This document shows, piece by piece, positions 10,529 to 21,443 of a DNA stretch of 64,000 nucleotides. The stretch is from Candidatus Poriferihabitaceae bacterium. GTDB taxonomy: Bacteria; Pseudomonadota; Gammaproteobacteria; Arenicellales; Poriferihabitantaceae. Each line of letters starts with the position of its first letter. Within the stretch, counting starts at the first letter, position 1. The notes beneath the pieces were generated by a model. The model was not told the origin of the DNA, did not search any database, and saw only the letters and a list, made by a program, of their open reading frames with translations. A program made the position numbers and the translations under genes. The stretch spans positions 3,598,962-3,662,961 of the forward strand of contig OZ241878.1 of the NCBI GenBank assembly GCA_965203365.1, written 5' to 3'.

Positions 10529-10789
10529 GTGTCTTTTCAAACGCTATCTGGAATAGGGTGATCCATTAGGAGGACATGGTCGTTGTCACCAGAATCTGAC
10601 GTCATTTCCACCCAGGATCCCCGGATTTATCAGATATGCAGGGATGTCAACATCTGTTTCAGAGTGATCGGGTGAGGCCAGTCTCTTGATGGAATCTTTT
10701 GATGGACTGTCAATGGGTAATGCGTTGACCGGAAGGCTTTGCTATATTGAAGGCTGTTCAACCGATCAGGTCGTAGGAGAGTGGGCGAT

Positions 10790-13141
10790 ATGAACATTCA
10801 GTACCATCCCGGTGAGGTGTTACGGGAACCGGGGCTTGGCAGTCACTGGCTTGGCCGGGAACGCTATGTGATTCGGGGCGGGGCGGTGGTGGTGATCCCG
10901 ATGCTGTCAGGGGACAGTGTGGAGTTGGTCGACCCGGAGGGGCTGCAGCCTGCCCACCTTTTCGCCATTGACGCCACCGGCAAAAATCTCACAGGCAGTT
11001 TGGGATTGGGAACTACCATTCAAGGGGCTGTGCTGGAGGACATGTTGCAATCCCGCAGCCGCGGCGCACAAAGGATCGCCCAGAGACTATCCGCGTTTGG
11101 AATCGAGCTGTCGCGGGAAGCGGTGGTCAGTGTGCTGACAGGGCAGACGAGTCCGGGAAGTCGTGTGAACTTCACCGTGCCTGAAGAATGTATTCTGGTG
11201 CTGGGGGCGCCGGGTGCCCCCATGGCCGTTGATACGCAGCTTCCCCCGACCGACCTCGTGGCTTGGGTGATCCGGGCACATCCCCAGCGGTCTGTCCCTC
11301 GCTCACCGCCAGAGCCGTTGGCCGACCCCTTGCAGGATTTCACGATCAATGCGTGTACTGCAGCGAGTTACGAGATCAAGGCAGGACAGTATATCCAGAT
11401 TGTCGATGTCGACGGGCGGCAGTGTTCCGATTTTCAGTGTTTTGATCTGGCCAGGTTGGACCAGGGGATCGAACGTTGTCTGGATGCCACGGTGACCCGG
11501 ACCATGATGGGAGCCGCCTATCCCGGACCGGGACTGCATTCGAAATTCTTTGATGTGGACCTGGAGCCGTTGGTGGAAATCATCCAGGATACCTGCGGTC
11601 GTCACGACAGTTTTGGTTTGGCCTGTACGGCCAAATACTACGACGACATGGGGTATCCGGGGCATGTCAACTGTTCGGACAACTTCAATCGAGCCCTGGC
11701 GGACTATCCGGTGGCACCGAGGAAAGGCTGGATGGCCATGAACCTGTTCTTCAACACTTTCTTCGGTGACGATTACCAGCTGTACTCTGACGAACCTTGG
11801 TCGCGGCCCGGGGACTATGTCCTGATGCGAGCGCTCAGAGACATGGTCTGTGTCTCTTCGGCCTGTCCGGATGACATTGATGCCGCGAACGGGTGGATGC
11901 CTACGGATATCCAGGTGCGACTCTACGATGACAAGACGCTGTTCCGGCGGGCTGTTGCCTTTCGAAAAACCACTGATGCGGACCCCGTCATGACCCAGGA
12001 AACCGCCTTTCATTCCGAGACCTCGAAACTAACCCGGCACTATGTTGAGTACAACGGATACTGGCTGGCCAACGACTACACTAATCTGGGTGCTATCCGG
12101 GAATATTGGGCCTGTCGACAAGCGGCCGCCATGATTGACCTGTCGCCGCTTCGAAAATATGAAGTCACGGGCCCGGATGCGGAACGGTTGCTACAGTACT
12201 GTGTGCCGCGGGATATGACCAAGCTGGGTGTGGGGCAGGTGGTCTACACGGCGATGTGCAATCCCTCCGGTGGGATGATTGACGATGGCACCATCTTCCG
12301 CTTGGGTCGGGACAATTTTCGTTGGATTGGTGGGAATGATGGCTCCGGGTTATGGCTCCGGGAACAGGCGGAGGCCCAACGCCTGAAGGTCTGGGTTAAG
12401 AACAGCTCGAGTCAACTGGTCAACCTTCAGGTCCAAGGTCCCCGAAGCCGTGACATTCTGCGCAAGGTGGTCTGGACCCGACCCGACCAGGCCCATGTCG
12501 CGGAGTTGGCTTGGTTCCGCTTCTCCATTGCCAGGATGCCGGATGACCAGGGGATTCCGGTAGTGGTTTCCCGAACGGGTTACACGGGAGAGCTCGGCTA
12601 CGAAGTGTTCTGTCATCCGGATCAGGCCGCCGCGATCTGGCAGATGATCGCGGCGGCGGGGGCAGAATTTGGCATCCAGCCCATGGGTCTGGAAGCCTTG
12701 GACATGTTGAGGATCGAAGCGGGACTGATTTTCGCAGGCCATGAATTCTGTGAGCAGACGGACCCATATGAGGCGGGCATCGGGTTTTCGGTTTCGCTGC
12801 GGACCAAGAAAGATGATTTCATTGGCCGCCAAGCGCTGGAAAAACGCAAGGTGAGTCCTCAGCGCCGTCTGGTGGGACTGGAACTCTCGGGCCGAGAGCC
12901 CGCCGCGCATGGAGACGGGGTTTTCTCAGGACGCTATCAGGTCGGGTTGATTACCAGTGCCACGATTTCCCCCATCTTGGGAAAGAACATCGCCCTGTGC
13001 AGGATGAACATCGAATATGCCGACCAGGGAACGGAAATCGAGGTCGGCAAGCTGGATGGCCATCAGAAACGCATCCCGGCCCAGGTGGTCACCTTCCCGC
13101 ATTTTGATCCCACCAAGGCGCGGGTCAAGGGGCACTACTGA
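10790..13141 (+). CDS. tdm: Trimethylamine-N-oxide demethylase-type protein (DUF1989 + GcvT/aminomethyltransferase fusion)
   Basis: N-terminal DUF1989-type region (YEIKAGQYIQIVDVDGRQCSDFQCFD). C-terminal glycine-cleavage-T fold (AAMIDLSPLRKYEVTGPDAERLL, GYTGELGYEVF). This fusion is the described Tdm architecture. Start set at ATG 10790, 9 nt after AGGAGA at 10775..10780. Confidence 0.8.
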   Translation: MNIQYHPGEVLREPGLGSHWLGRERYVIRGGAVVVIPMLSGDSVELVDPEGLQPAHLFAIDATGKNLTGSLGLGTTIQGAVLEDMLQSRSRGAQRIAQRLSAFGIELSREAVVSVLTGQTSPGSRVNFTVPEECILVLGAPGAPMAVDTQLPPTDLVAWVIRAHPQRSVPRSPPEPLADPLQDFTINACTAASYEIKAGQYIQIVDVDGRQCSDFQCFDLARLDQGIERCLDATVTRTMMGAAYPGPGLHSKFFDVDLEPLVEIIQDTCGRHDSFGLACTAKYYDDMGYPGHVNCSDNFNRALADYPVAPRKGWMAMNLFFNTFFGDDYQLYSDEPWSRPGDYVLMRALRDMVCVSSACPDDIDAANGWMPTDIQVRLYDDKTLFRRAVAFRKTTDADPVMTQETAFHSETSKLTRHYVEYNGYWLANDYTNLGAIREYWACRQAAAMIDLSPLRKYEVTGPDAERLLQYCVPRDMTKLGVGQVVYTAMCNPSGGMIDDGTIFRLGRDNFRWIGGNDGSGLWLREQAEAQRLKVWVKNSSSQLVNLQVQGPRSRDILRKVVWTRPDQAHVAELAWFRFSIARMPDDQGIPVVVSRTGYTGELGYEVFCHPDQAAAIWQMIAAAGAEFGIQPMGLEALDMLRIEAGLIFAGHEFCEQTDPYEAGIGFSVSLRTKKDDFIGRQALEKRKVSPQRRLVGLELSGREPAAHGDGVFSGRYQVGLITSATISPILGKNIALCRMNIEYADQGTEIEVGKLDGHQKRIPAQVVTFPHFDPTKARVKGHY

Positions 13142-13389
13142 TGCGGTGAGTGGAAGGGATCAGGTCGTCGGTAGAATTGGGCGAATCTGGATCACCTGAC
13201 CGATTGACCCAGACTGGGATGCTGGCCGTGAAACGCTGTTGTCACCGGTTTCATCGCCCGGGAGGATCGAATATTGGAGTGTTTCCGCCATGGCCTGTCA
13301 GCGGCGGTTGAGGGGAGTTGATTGATGCGGCAGCGGCCGCAATGAGCTGATTCGCCACACAAGCCGGTTCAGGGTGGTCGTTGTCCAGA

Positions 13390-14097
13390 TCAGATGCCGA
13401 GGTACGCCTTCCGAACATGTTCGTTGTCGGCGAGATCTTGGGCGGGTCCCTCCAGCGCGATGTGGCCGGTTTCGAGCACATAGCCATAGTCTGCCAGTTG
13501 CAGCGCCAGGTCGGCATTTTGCTCCACCAGCACAATGGTCACCCCCTTGGCACTGATCTCACGCAGGATGCGGCCGATTTCCTGCACAATGATGGGGGCC
13601 AGCCCCAGTGACGGTTCATCCAGGAGCATCACGCGCGGTCGCGACATCAAGGCCCGGCCGATGGACAACATCTGCTGCTCGCCCCCACTCAAGGTGCGGC
13701 CAGGTTGGTGCCGGCGTTCCTCCAAACGAGGGAACTTTTCGAAGATCCAGTGAAGACTCTCATTGATCTTCCCTTGGTCATGATGGATGTAGGCCCCCAG
13801 GCGTAGGTTTTCCTCCACACTGAGATCCTTGAAGATTCGGCGGCCTTCGGGGACATGGGCCACCCCCCGTCGCAAAATCCGGTCAGCACTCACCCCATTG
13901 ATACATTGGCCATCCAGCCAGACTTCTCCCCTGTTGGGTGGTACGAGGCCGGAAATGGTGCGCAGAGTCGTGCTCTTGCCGGCCCCATTGGATCCGATCA
14001 GGGTGACGAAAGCCCCTTCGGGAACTTCCAGGCTGATTCCCTTGAGGGCAGCGACATTGTGATAGCGGACCGTGAGATCGACCAGCGACAGGTTCAT
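13390..14097 (-). CDS. HAAT-family ABC transporter ATP-binding protein (LivF-like)
   Basis: Start at the ATG overlapping the upstream stop (14094..14097). Walker A GSNGAGKST, signature LSGGEQQML, Walker B MLLDEPSLGL. Confidence 0.9.
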   Translation of the reverse strand: MNLSLVDLTVRYHNVAALKGISLEVPEGAFVTLIGSNGAGKSTTLRTISGLVPPNRGEVWLDGQCINGVSADRILRRGVAHVPEGRRIFKDLSVEENLRLGAYIHHDQGKINESLHWIFEKFPRLEERRHQPGRTLSGGEQQMLSIGRALMSRPRVMLLDEPSLGLAPIIVQEIGRILREISAKGVTIVLVEQNADLALQLADYGYVLETGHIALEGPAQDLADNEHVRKAYLGI

Positions 14098-14852
14098 TCG
14101 TGACCTCCCCCCAGATAGGCCTGGATGACCTTGGGATTGCGACGAACCTCCTCCGGTGAACCCTGGACCAGCAGGGTGCCGAAATTGAGAACGGTCAGAT
14201 GGTCGCAAAGCCCCATGACCGCCTTCATGTCATGTTCGACCAGCACAATGGTTACCCCAGTCTCCCTTACCTTTTGTGTGAGCGTCATCATCGTACCGGT
14301 CTCTTCCGGGTTCATACCGGCGAACGGTTCATCCATCAGCAGCAGCCGGGGACCCGAAACTAGGGCAATGGCAATGGCCAAGGCGCGTTGGGAACCCAGC
14401 GGCAACTCGGCAGCCCGTTGTTCCCGGCGTTCGGTCAGACCCATGAAGTCCATGATGTTCATAGCGGACCGATGGGCATCCACTTGTTTTTTCTGGTCGA
14501 ACCCCAGGATGGCGGAAAAGATGTTCGTGCGGGACTGGTTGTGGGTGCCGATCAGAATGTTGTCGTAGACGGTCAGTTCCTGGAAGAGGGTCGTTTCCTG
14601 GAAGGTGCGAACGACACCTTCGGCAGCAATTCGGGACGGTCGCCAGCCAGTGATCCGGTGGCCGTCAAACAGGATGTCCCCTTCGGTGGGGGCATAGAAC
14701 CCGGCAATGATCTTGAACAGGGTGCTCTTGCCGGCGCCGTTGGGGCCGATCAGCCCATGGATTGCTCCGGATGGGACTGCAAAGCTGACTTCGTTCAGGG
14801 CGGTCAAGCCACCGAATCGCATGGTCAGATGGCGGACTTCCAGAATGGTCAT
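14094..14852 (-). CDS. HAAT-family ABC transporter ATP-binding protein (LivG-like)
   Basis: Real start [15 protein letters not shown] at 14852, a 4-nt overlap with the permease stop. Walker [10 protein letters not shown], Walker [13 protein letters not shown]. Confidence 0.9.
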   Translation of the reverse strand: MTILEVRHLTMRFGGLTALNEVSFAVPSGAIHGLIGPNGAGKSTLFKIIAGFYAPTEGDILFDGHRITGWRPSRIAAEGVVRTFQETTLFQELTVYDNILIGTHNQSRTNIFSAILGFDQKKQVDAHRSAMNIMDFMGLTERREQRAAELPLGSQRALAIAIALVSGPRLLLMDEPFAGMNPEETGTMMTLTQKVRETGVTIVLVEHDMKAVMGLCDHLTVLNFGTLLVQGSPEEVRRNPKVIQAYLGGGHE

Positions 14853-15823
14853 GGACCGTCTCCAGCTCCCTGGCGGAACCGGCGCTTGATTTTTTCCGGC
14901 AGACTTTCCAGACCATGGGGAAGATAGAGCATGCCAATCACCAGGATGGCGCCATACAGGGCCGGTCGCAGGACATCGAATCCACGGAACATCTCGTCCA
15001 GGAGAGACAGCACGACCACGCCCACGATGGGCCCATAAAATGTCCGGTAGCCGCCTACGATGACCCAAATCAGGATGAAGACCATAAACCCGATGTCGAA
15101 CTGTTTGGGGGTGACGGTCCCGATGTAGTGCACCTTCAGTGCGCCCGCCAGACCGACGAAAACCGACCCCGTGATGAATGCCAGGGCACGGTAGTTCCAG
15201 GTATTGACGCCCACGGACTCGGCCAGTGGGGCCTTCCAGTGCACGGCATGCAGGGTCAGTCCGATACGAGATCGTTCGATGCGATACAGAATGAACAGGC
15301 ACAACGTGACAATGATCAACACCATGTAGAAATAGGGAATCGGCTCCAGAAAGTCGATGTCCATGAATTCCGGTGAAGGAATGGCACTGACGCCACTGGT
15401 GCCCCCGAAGGGCTTGATAAAGTGAATCCAGGACAGCCGAATCGCTTCTCCCGCCGCAAACGAACCGATCAGAAAATAGAACTGGGTCATCCGAAAGAGG
15501 GGAAAAGACAACAGAGCGGCCATGAGGCCGGCACTGACCCCCGCAAGCGGCAGACTGAACCAGAAAGAGACATCAAACTGTTTGGACAGGATCGCGCTGG
15601 TGTAGGCCCCCACGCCCATCATCACGGCATGAATCAAGGACCATTCGCCGGTAAGCGTCACCAGTCGGTAGCTGGCCACCACCAAGACATTGATGACCAG
15701 GAACAGCAGAAAATCCTGGTGATGATACTTCAGGAAATGGGGCAGCACCGCCAAGAGGACCAGCACGGCGGTGATGAGGGCCAGATGCCGGATCCCGGAG
15801 GCGTGCAGAAGGTGGCGGATCAT
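14849..15823 (-). CDS. HAAT-family ABC transporter permease (LivM-like)
   Basis: 324-aa polytopic membrane protein. Start overlaps the upstream permease stop by 4 nt. Confidence 0.85.
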   Translation of the reverse strand: MIRHLLHASGIRHLALITAVLVLLAVLPHFLKYHHQDFLLFLVINVLVVASYRLVTLTGEWSLIHAVMMGVGAYTSAILSKQFDVSFWFSLPLAGVSAGLMAALLSFPLFRMTQFYFLIGSFAAGEAIRLSWIHFIKPFGGTSGVSAIPSPEFMDIDFLEPIPYFYMVLIIVTLCLFILYRIERSRIGLTLHAVHWKAPLAESVGVNTWNYRALAFITGSVFVGLAGALKVHYIGTVTPKQFDIGFMVFILIWVIVGGYRTFYGPIVGVVVLSLLDEMFRGFDVLRPALYGAILVIGMLYLPHGLESLPEKIKRRFRQGAGDGP

Positions 15824-16689
15824 TCGCTCACTCGGTGTCCCATGAGGCCAGTAGGCCGAATAATGAGCACCAGGACCATAATCATCAATCCCGAGATCGT
15901 GGCGACGGTGCTGTTGAAATAAGTGGTGACGAACGTGTGGAAAAGGGCATACAGGAAGGAGGCCGCGACAGCCCCGGACAAACTGCCGACTCCCCCCACG
16001 ATCGTGACGATGAAGGCAGTGATAATGATGTTGTGTCCCATGTGCGGATTGATATTGGTCAGCGGCGCCATCAGCGCCCCGGCCAGCCCGGCCATGGCAG
16101 CTCCAATACTGATGGCGATCATCGAAATACGATTGCTGTTGATACCCTGCAATGCCGCCGCTTCACGGTCCTGGGAGACCGCCCGCAACGCCCATCCCAG
16201 ACGGGTCCGGGCGAGGAAATACCACAGAATTCCCAAAGCCGCCAGAGAGACACCGACGGCGAACAGGCGCTGGTAGGGAATGCGGAGTGTCTCCCACAAG
16301 ACCAGCGTGCCTTCGTAGGGGGGTGGAACCTGTTTGGAGGGGCCGTCACCGCCCACGAGGGTGGCGATGACCTGAAGCATGAACAGTACTCCGATGGAAC
16401 AGATCAATCCGCCGAAAGGATTGTCCCGCATGGGTCGGAACATGAACTGTTCCATCAGCATGCCGATGGTGGTGACCAGCAGGACCGCCACCAAGAGGGT
16501 CAGCAGGAACGGCAGGCCGGACTGGGCGTGAAGCAGCCAGATAGTATAGGCCCCCACCATCACCCATTCACCATGAGCGAAGTTGACCACCCCCATGACC
16601 CCGAAGATCAATACCAGACCCACCGCCGCCAGGGCGTAGAAGCCGCTTTGGATGATGCCATTGGCAATGGACTGAATCAGAAGATCCAT
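15820..16689 (-). CDS. HAAT-family ABC transporter permease (LivH-like)
   Basis: 289 aa. N-terminus MDLLIQSIANGIIQSGFYALAAVGLVLIFGVMGVVNFAHGE is typical of LivH-type permeases. Confidence 0.9.
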   Translation of the reverse strand: MDLLIQSIANGIIQSGFYALAAVGLVLIFGVMGVVNFAHGEWVMVGAYTIWLLHAQSGLPFLLTLLVAVLLVTTIGMLMEQFMFRPMRDNPFGGLICSIGVLFMLQVIATLVGGDGPSKQVPPPYEGTLVLWETLRIPYQRLFAVGVSLAALGILWYFLARTRLGWALRAVSQDREAAALQGINSNRISMIAISIGAAMAGLAGALMAPLTNINPHMGHNIIITAFIVTIVGGVGSLSGAVAASFLYALFHTFVTTYFNSTVATISGLMIMVLVLIIRPTGLMGHRVSE

Positions 16690-16768
16690 GTTCGGGTCGT
16701 TCTGGCGGGTGTGAGACAGAAAAAAGGGGAGAATGCCCGGCTCTCCCCAGATTTCGTCAGCGAGGGAA

Positions 16769-18052
16769 TCAGACGGTGCGCAGTCCGAGTTCCTTCATGT
16801 GCCTCACCAGGACCTCCTTGTGGTCAGCCAGCCATCCGGCCACATTGCCATATTCCTGGATGCGGGCCTTGCCGTTTTGGATCACAACCACCGGCCAGCG
16901 CCCCACGAGCGCATTGTCGAGCCCCCAGAGTTGGCTGCCCCACCAATCCCCCCCACCGAACACGAACTGCTGCTGGTTGCCTTTCATGGCCTGCATGACC
17001 TCTGCGGTTTCCACGCTGCCGGCCGCCTGGGCATTTTCGATCCAGTTCAGCAAGATGGCAGGATATTCCCAAGCTACGGCAGACCAGTCGTTGGGATGAT
17101 CCTCGCGGAAGGCGGCATCAAAGCCTCCGGGATCGGGAAAAGTGATCTCCGGCTCCATCAGTTTCGGGTCATCAAAATCCGGGAACTGATAAATGGTGCC
17201 ATTAACAAATTCCTCACTGGTCTTGGCAATGATCTCTTCGTAGTAGTCGAGGGTGCAGGAGATGATCTTGCCGGTGTAGCCCTGATGGAAGAGTTGTTCC
17301 ATGATGGGCGTGACGTAGAAGCTGGTGGCCATGCAGACCACATCGGGATTTTTCGCTAGCAGGGAACTGATGATGGGGGCGAAGTCGGTGACGTCGAAGC
17401 CATGCAGGTTCGTATCGACCACCTCAATGCCGGCGACTTCGAAGGCCGCCTTGTAGGTCGCCGCAGACTGGAGTCCATACTCCGCATCATTGTTCGTCAC
17501 GATCGCTGCCGTCTTGATGTCCGGAAACTCGCGAGCCATCCATTCGACGCCGGTGACGTTGTACAGGGGATGGGATTCGCAGGTCGCAATCAGGTATTCC
17601 GAATCCGGCGTGATGTCGCTGGGCAGCAGAGTCGTGGTGAGGACTTTTTTCCGCGTGGCCCAGGGCAGCACCGCCGCCACGGTGGAGCCCCCCAGCATCA
17701 TCACCATCTTGGCGTCATCCTCGAGCACCAGCTTCTTGAAGCCTTGCAGTGCCTTTTCCGTGTCATAGGCGTGGTCATAAGAAGCCACGTTGATGTGGTA
17801 GGTTTCCCCACCGATCGTGACTCCCCCTGCGGCATTGAGATTGTTCGCGATGATTTCGCATCCGTAGAGGCCCGGAAGCCCCCAGGGTGCATAATCTCCC
17901 GTCATGGGAATATTCATCCCCACGGTCAGGGTCTTGTTGCTGGAAAAGGCCAGGTTGGGAAACAGACTGGCCGTGGTGGCGGCAGCCGCACCGGCGGCCG
18001 TTTGCTGGAGGAATTTCCGTCGATTGGGGTGGGATAATCCGGGTGTTTTCAT
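16769..18052 (-). CDS. Periplasmic type-1 (LivK/amide-urea-like) substrate-binding protein with twin-arginine signal
   Basis: ORF 16769..18172. Start set at ATG 18052 (GAGG 9 nt upstream). The Tat motif is NRRKFLQQTAAGAAAATTASL. The mature part has the Peripla_BP_6-like pattern (TLTVGMNIPMTGDYAPWG). Confidence 0.85.
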   Translation of the reverse strand: MKTPGLSHPNRRKFLQQTAAGAAAATTASLFPNLAFSSNKTLTVGMNIPMTGDYAPWGLPGLYGCEIIANNLNAAGGVTIGGETYHINVASYDHAYDTEKALQGFKKLVLEDDAKMVMMLGGSTVAAVLPWATRKKVLTTTLLPSDITPDSEYLIATCESHPLYNVTGVEWMAREFPDIKTAAIVTNNDAEYGLQSAATYKAAFEVAGIEVVDTNLHGFDVTDFAPIISSLLAKNPDVVCMATSFYVTPIMEQLFHQGYTGKIISCTLDYYEEIIAKTSEEFVNGTIYQFPDFDDPKLMEPEITFPDPGGFDAAFREDHPNDWSAVAWEYPAILLNWIENAQAAGSVETAEVMQAMKGNQQQFVFGGGDWWGSQLWGLDNALVGRWPVVVIQNGKARIQEYGNVAGWLADHKEVLVRHMKELGLRTV

Positions 18053-18547
18053 TTTGGCGTACCTCATTGGCGAATTGGTTTGACATTGCCCGCTGACCAG
18101 ATCGATCTTTTGTGGCGGGACTGTATTGTAAATCTTCTCTTCATTGTCGCAAAATTTCGAATGCTCCCGCATCGTTCAGGGTGAAACGCTACGGCAGGCG
18201 GACAATATCACAGAGGGTCTATCCCTATCGCTATATTTTGGGTGGCGAAATGGTGGTGTGAGCAGATCGGAATCGTCCCTTTGACCGACCACGTCCGGCC
18301 TGAACCAAGACTCCTGGGTTTTAGTCATGCTCGGATCGAATGGCCGGTTGCCCATTCCAGCTGGTCGTGGAACACCGATTCAGGACCTGCGTCCATGTGG
18401 GGACTGATCGGGTTGGGCGGAGCAGGCCTCCAGCATGACCTTGTCAGAGCACTCACCACGGATGTTTTGTGTTGCTAGGCAAACAGGGTATATTCCCCCT
18501 CTGATTTTTCATCACTCAAAATTTAACAAAATTATCTGGAGTCGGTA

Positions 18548-19888
18548 ATGACACGTGTCGCAATTCTTGGTGCCGGACCTTCCGGCACGGCTCAGCTCAG
18601 GGCGTTCGCCTCTGCCGCAGCCCGAGGGGCTGAAATTCCCGAAGTCGTATGTTACGAGAAGCAGGACGATTGGGGGGGGCTCTGGAACTACACTTGGCGG
18701 ACCGGTCTCGACCAGTATGGTGAGCCTGTCCATTGCAGTATGTATCGTTATTTATGGTCCAATGGCCCCAAGGAGTGTCTTGAGTTTGCGGATTACACGT
18801 TCGAAGAACATTTCGGCAAGCGGATCGCGTCTTATCCTCCCCGGGCGGTGCTGGCAGATTACATCAAGGGTCGTGTGGAAAAATCGGGTGTGCGCAAATT
18901 CTGCCGATTCAATCACGCTGTGCATAACGTGACTTTTGATGGTGAGACCGGGCTTTTCAGTGTCACGGTGCGCAATCTGCTGGATGGGAGTTGGTCCACT
19001 GAAAACTTCGACTATGTGGTGGTGGCCACCGGCCATTTCTCCGTTCCGAACGTTCCCCAGTTTGCAGGGATGGAAACCTTCAATGGCCGGGTTCTGCATG
19101 CTCATGATTTTCGCGATGCACGGGAATTTGCCGATCAGGACATCCTGATCATTGGTACCAGCTATTCCGCTGAGGACATCGCTTCCCAATGCCATAAGTA
19201 TGGCTGCCGATCAGTCACGATCAGCCACCGGACCTCGCCGACCCATTTCCACTGGCCCGACAGCTTCACTGAGGTGCCGCTTCTGACCAAGGTGGACCGA
19301 AAGACTGTCACCTTCAAGGATGGAACCTCCAGGGAAGTGGATGCCATCATTTTGTGTACCGGCTACCTGCACCATTTTCCGTTCCTGGACAATCCCCTGC
19401 GGCTCAAGACCGACAACAGGCTCTGGCCCTTGGGGCTGTATCAGGGCGTGGTGTGGGAAGATAATCCGAAACTGTTCTACATCGGCATGCAGGATCAGTT
19501 CTACACCTTCAACATGTTTGATGCGCAAGCCTGGTATGCCCGGGATGTGATCATGGGCCGTATCCAGTTGCCGTCGAAAGAAGAGATGCAGACGCACAGT
19601 GCGACCTGGCGCACCCGGGAAGAGACGCTTGAGGATGATGAGCAGATGATCTGGTTCCAGGGAGACTACACCCAGGCGCTCATTGATCAAACCGACTACC
19701 CGAGCTTTGATATCGAAGGGGTGAACAAGACCTTCATGGAATGGGAGCACCACAAGCATGACGACATCATGGGCTTTCGAAACAATGCCTACCGATCCCT
19801 GATGACGGGCAATCAGTCTCCCGTGCACCATACTCCCTGGATGCAAGCCATGGACGACTCTATGGAGAGCTATCTGCAGGGGGCCTGA
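18548..19888 (+). CDS. tmm: Flavin-containing monooxygenase, trimethylamine monooxygenase type
   Basis: GAGPSG FAD motif at the N-terminus. Long stretches match from memory the Methylophaga bacterial FMO/Tmm ([56 protein letters not shown]). Confidence 0.9.
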   Translation: MTRVAILGAGPSGTAQLRAFASAAARGAEIPEVVCYEKQDDWGGLWNYTWRTGLDQYGEPVHCSMYRYLWSNGPKECLEFADYTFEEHFGKRIASYPPRAVLADYIKGRVEKSGVRKFCRFNHAVHNVTFDGETGLFSVTVRNLLDGSWSTENFDYVVVATGHFSVPNVPQFAGMETFNGRVLHAHDFRDAREFADQDILIIGTSYSAEDIASQCHKYGCRSVTISHRTSPTHFHWPDSFTEVPLLTKVDRKTVTFKDGTSREVDAIILCTGYLHHFPFLDNPLRLKTDNRLWPLGLYQGVVWEDNPKLFYIGMQDQFYTFNMFDAQAWYARDVIMGRIQLPSKEEMQTHSATWRTREETLEDDEQMIWFQGDYTQALIDQTDYPSFDIEGVNKTFMEWEHHKHDDIMGFRNNAYRSLMTGNQSPVHHTPWMQAMDDSMESYLQGA

Positions 19889-19944
19889 CGAGACGAGGCG
19901 GTTGGCTGTCCAGCTTGGCAGGGGTCAGAGTCGAAGGGCCATCA

Positions 19945-19980
19945 GACGTCTGTGACGTCTGTGACGTCTGTGATGTGTCG
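19945..19980. repeat. 9-bp tandem repeat GACGTCTGT x3 (+1 degenerate) in the loop of a hairpin
   Basis: Units at 19945, 19954 and 19963, plus degenerate GATGTGTCG at 19972. Flanked by CGAAGGGCC (19932..19940) and GGCCCCTTCG (19980..19989). Lies 57 nt after the tmm stop. Confidence 0.6.
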
Positions 19981-20306
19981 GCCCCTTCGGCTCATCCACC
20001 GATCCTTCGTCAACACGATGGTGGCGGATTCATGACCATGAGAATGTCACATCACGTGAACACCCGTTCAGGGCGGACGGGAGGGGTGAATCCGGTGAGC
20101 GGGTTTGGGTAAGCGATGCCGACCTGTCTCGACCTGTGGGAGTCTGGCGATTTACCCTCATCCTTGACCACCGCCAGATTGGGTCCTTATCGCTTCGTCA
20201 CACCGGGGGGATATGGAGTCGTCCCGAAGACGATGCTGGATTCATGATGGGGCCGAGATTCGATGAATGTCGGGACTTTTTGGCAATCAGGTCCAGAGGT
20301 ACAATG

Positions 20307-21113
20307 TTATTCGTCGTCTGGGTGGCCATATTCGCAGAAGACTCCCCCGACAAATTCGATGCCACTGGCAAACGGGTCTCCCGGTTCGGTTTTGACCTCG
20401 ACCTGCGCCCGGAAATCCTCTGCCGAGTCCTGTGGTTGATAGCCGATATGGCGTACCTTGCGGTTGTCGAAGAACCGTTCGCGGTTGTCCGAGATGCCAT
20501 AGATCACCGAGCAGCCCAGTCGTTCTGTGACAAGACATCGTTCCACTAGTTGCACCAGATCTCTGAAGCTTAGCCAGGTGGCCAGATGGCGTCGGTCGGA
20601 CGGTTCCGGGAAACAGGAGTTGATCCGTAACAGGGCGGATTCGATGTGGAACTTGTGAAAGTACATCCGGGCCAGATCCTCGACAAAGCATTTGGAAACA
20701 CCGTAAAGAGAATCTGGTCTGTGAGGTGTATCCGTGTCGGCCCCTTCTTCCCGTTGCACGTAGCCGACCGCGTGGATCGAACTGGCGTAGACAATCCGCT
20801 GGATGCCGTGTCGTCTGGCCGCTTCATACACATGATATCCTCCCATAATGGAGGACTGGAGGACTTCGGCCCAAGGCTTTTCGGTCGGTGCGGCGCCGAA
20901 ATGCACGATCGCATCACACCCCTCGACGACCCGCATGATTGCGTCGAAATCACCCAGTTCGGCGTTCATGATCTCTTCATGGGGGGCGGCCTCGCCCATC
21001 TCCAAACGGTCCGTCAATCGAAGGGTCGTGGCGAGTGGGGCCAGCCCTGCGCGCAGGACTCGACCCAAGTTACCGGCTGCACCGGTTATCAGCAAGCGTT
21101 GGAATCTGGACAT
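20307..21113 (-). CDS. NAD-dependent epimerase/dehydratase (extended SDR; uronate-dehydrogenase-like)
   Basis: Start moved to ATG at 21113 (MSRFQRLLITGAAGNLG, Rossmann TGxxGxxG). Also YASSIHAVGY and YGVSKCFVEDLARMY (YxxxK). Confidence 0.85.
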   Translation of the reverse strand: MSRFQRLLITGAAGNLGRVLRAGLAPLATTLRLTDRLEMGEAAPHEEIMNAELGDFDAIMRVVEGCDAIVHFGAAPTEKPWAEVLQSSIMGGYHVYEAARRHGIQRIVYASSIHAVGYVQREEGADTDTPHRPDSLYGVSKCFVEDLARMYFHKFHIESALLRINSCFPEPSDRRHLATWLSFRDLVQLVERCLVTERLGCSVIYGISDNRERFFDNRKVRHIGYQPQDSAEDFRAQVEVKTEPGDPFASGIEFVGGVFCEYGHPDDE

Positions 21114-21443
21114 GGGTGTCGTGCTGTCTCGTTCACCGATTATGGCCAATAATTTTACGTGGAATGTCAGAGTGTATCAAAGAGTATCTCACATCAACGT
21201 ATCTCCTGCCCGCAGATTTCAGCCAGAACTAAAGTCACTCTTCTGGAGATATTCCTGCGGTTCCCGCACAAGGTCAGCTCATCGGACGCCCATAAGCATG
21301 TCAAACAATTTTGAGGTCAATCCAGCCTGCCGAGATGAGGGAATTGCGAATGCCTCCTTGGTGTCATCATTTGCCTGTGGGTCTCCGTGTGCTATTGGGT
21401 CGCAGGCAAGTGGTCGTCGTCAACATGTGGGGTAGCTTGAGAA

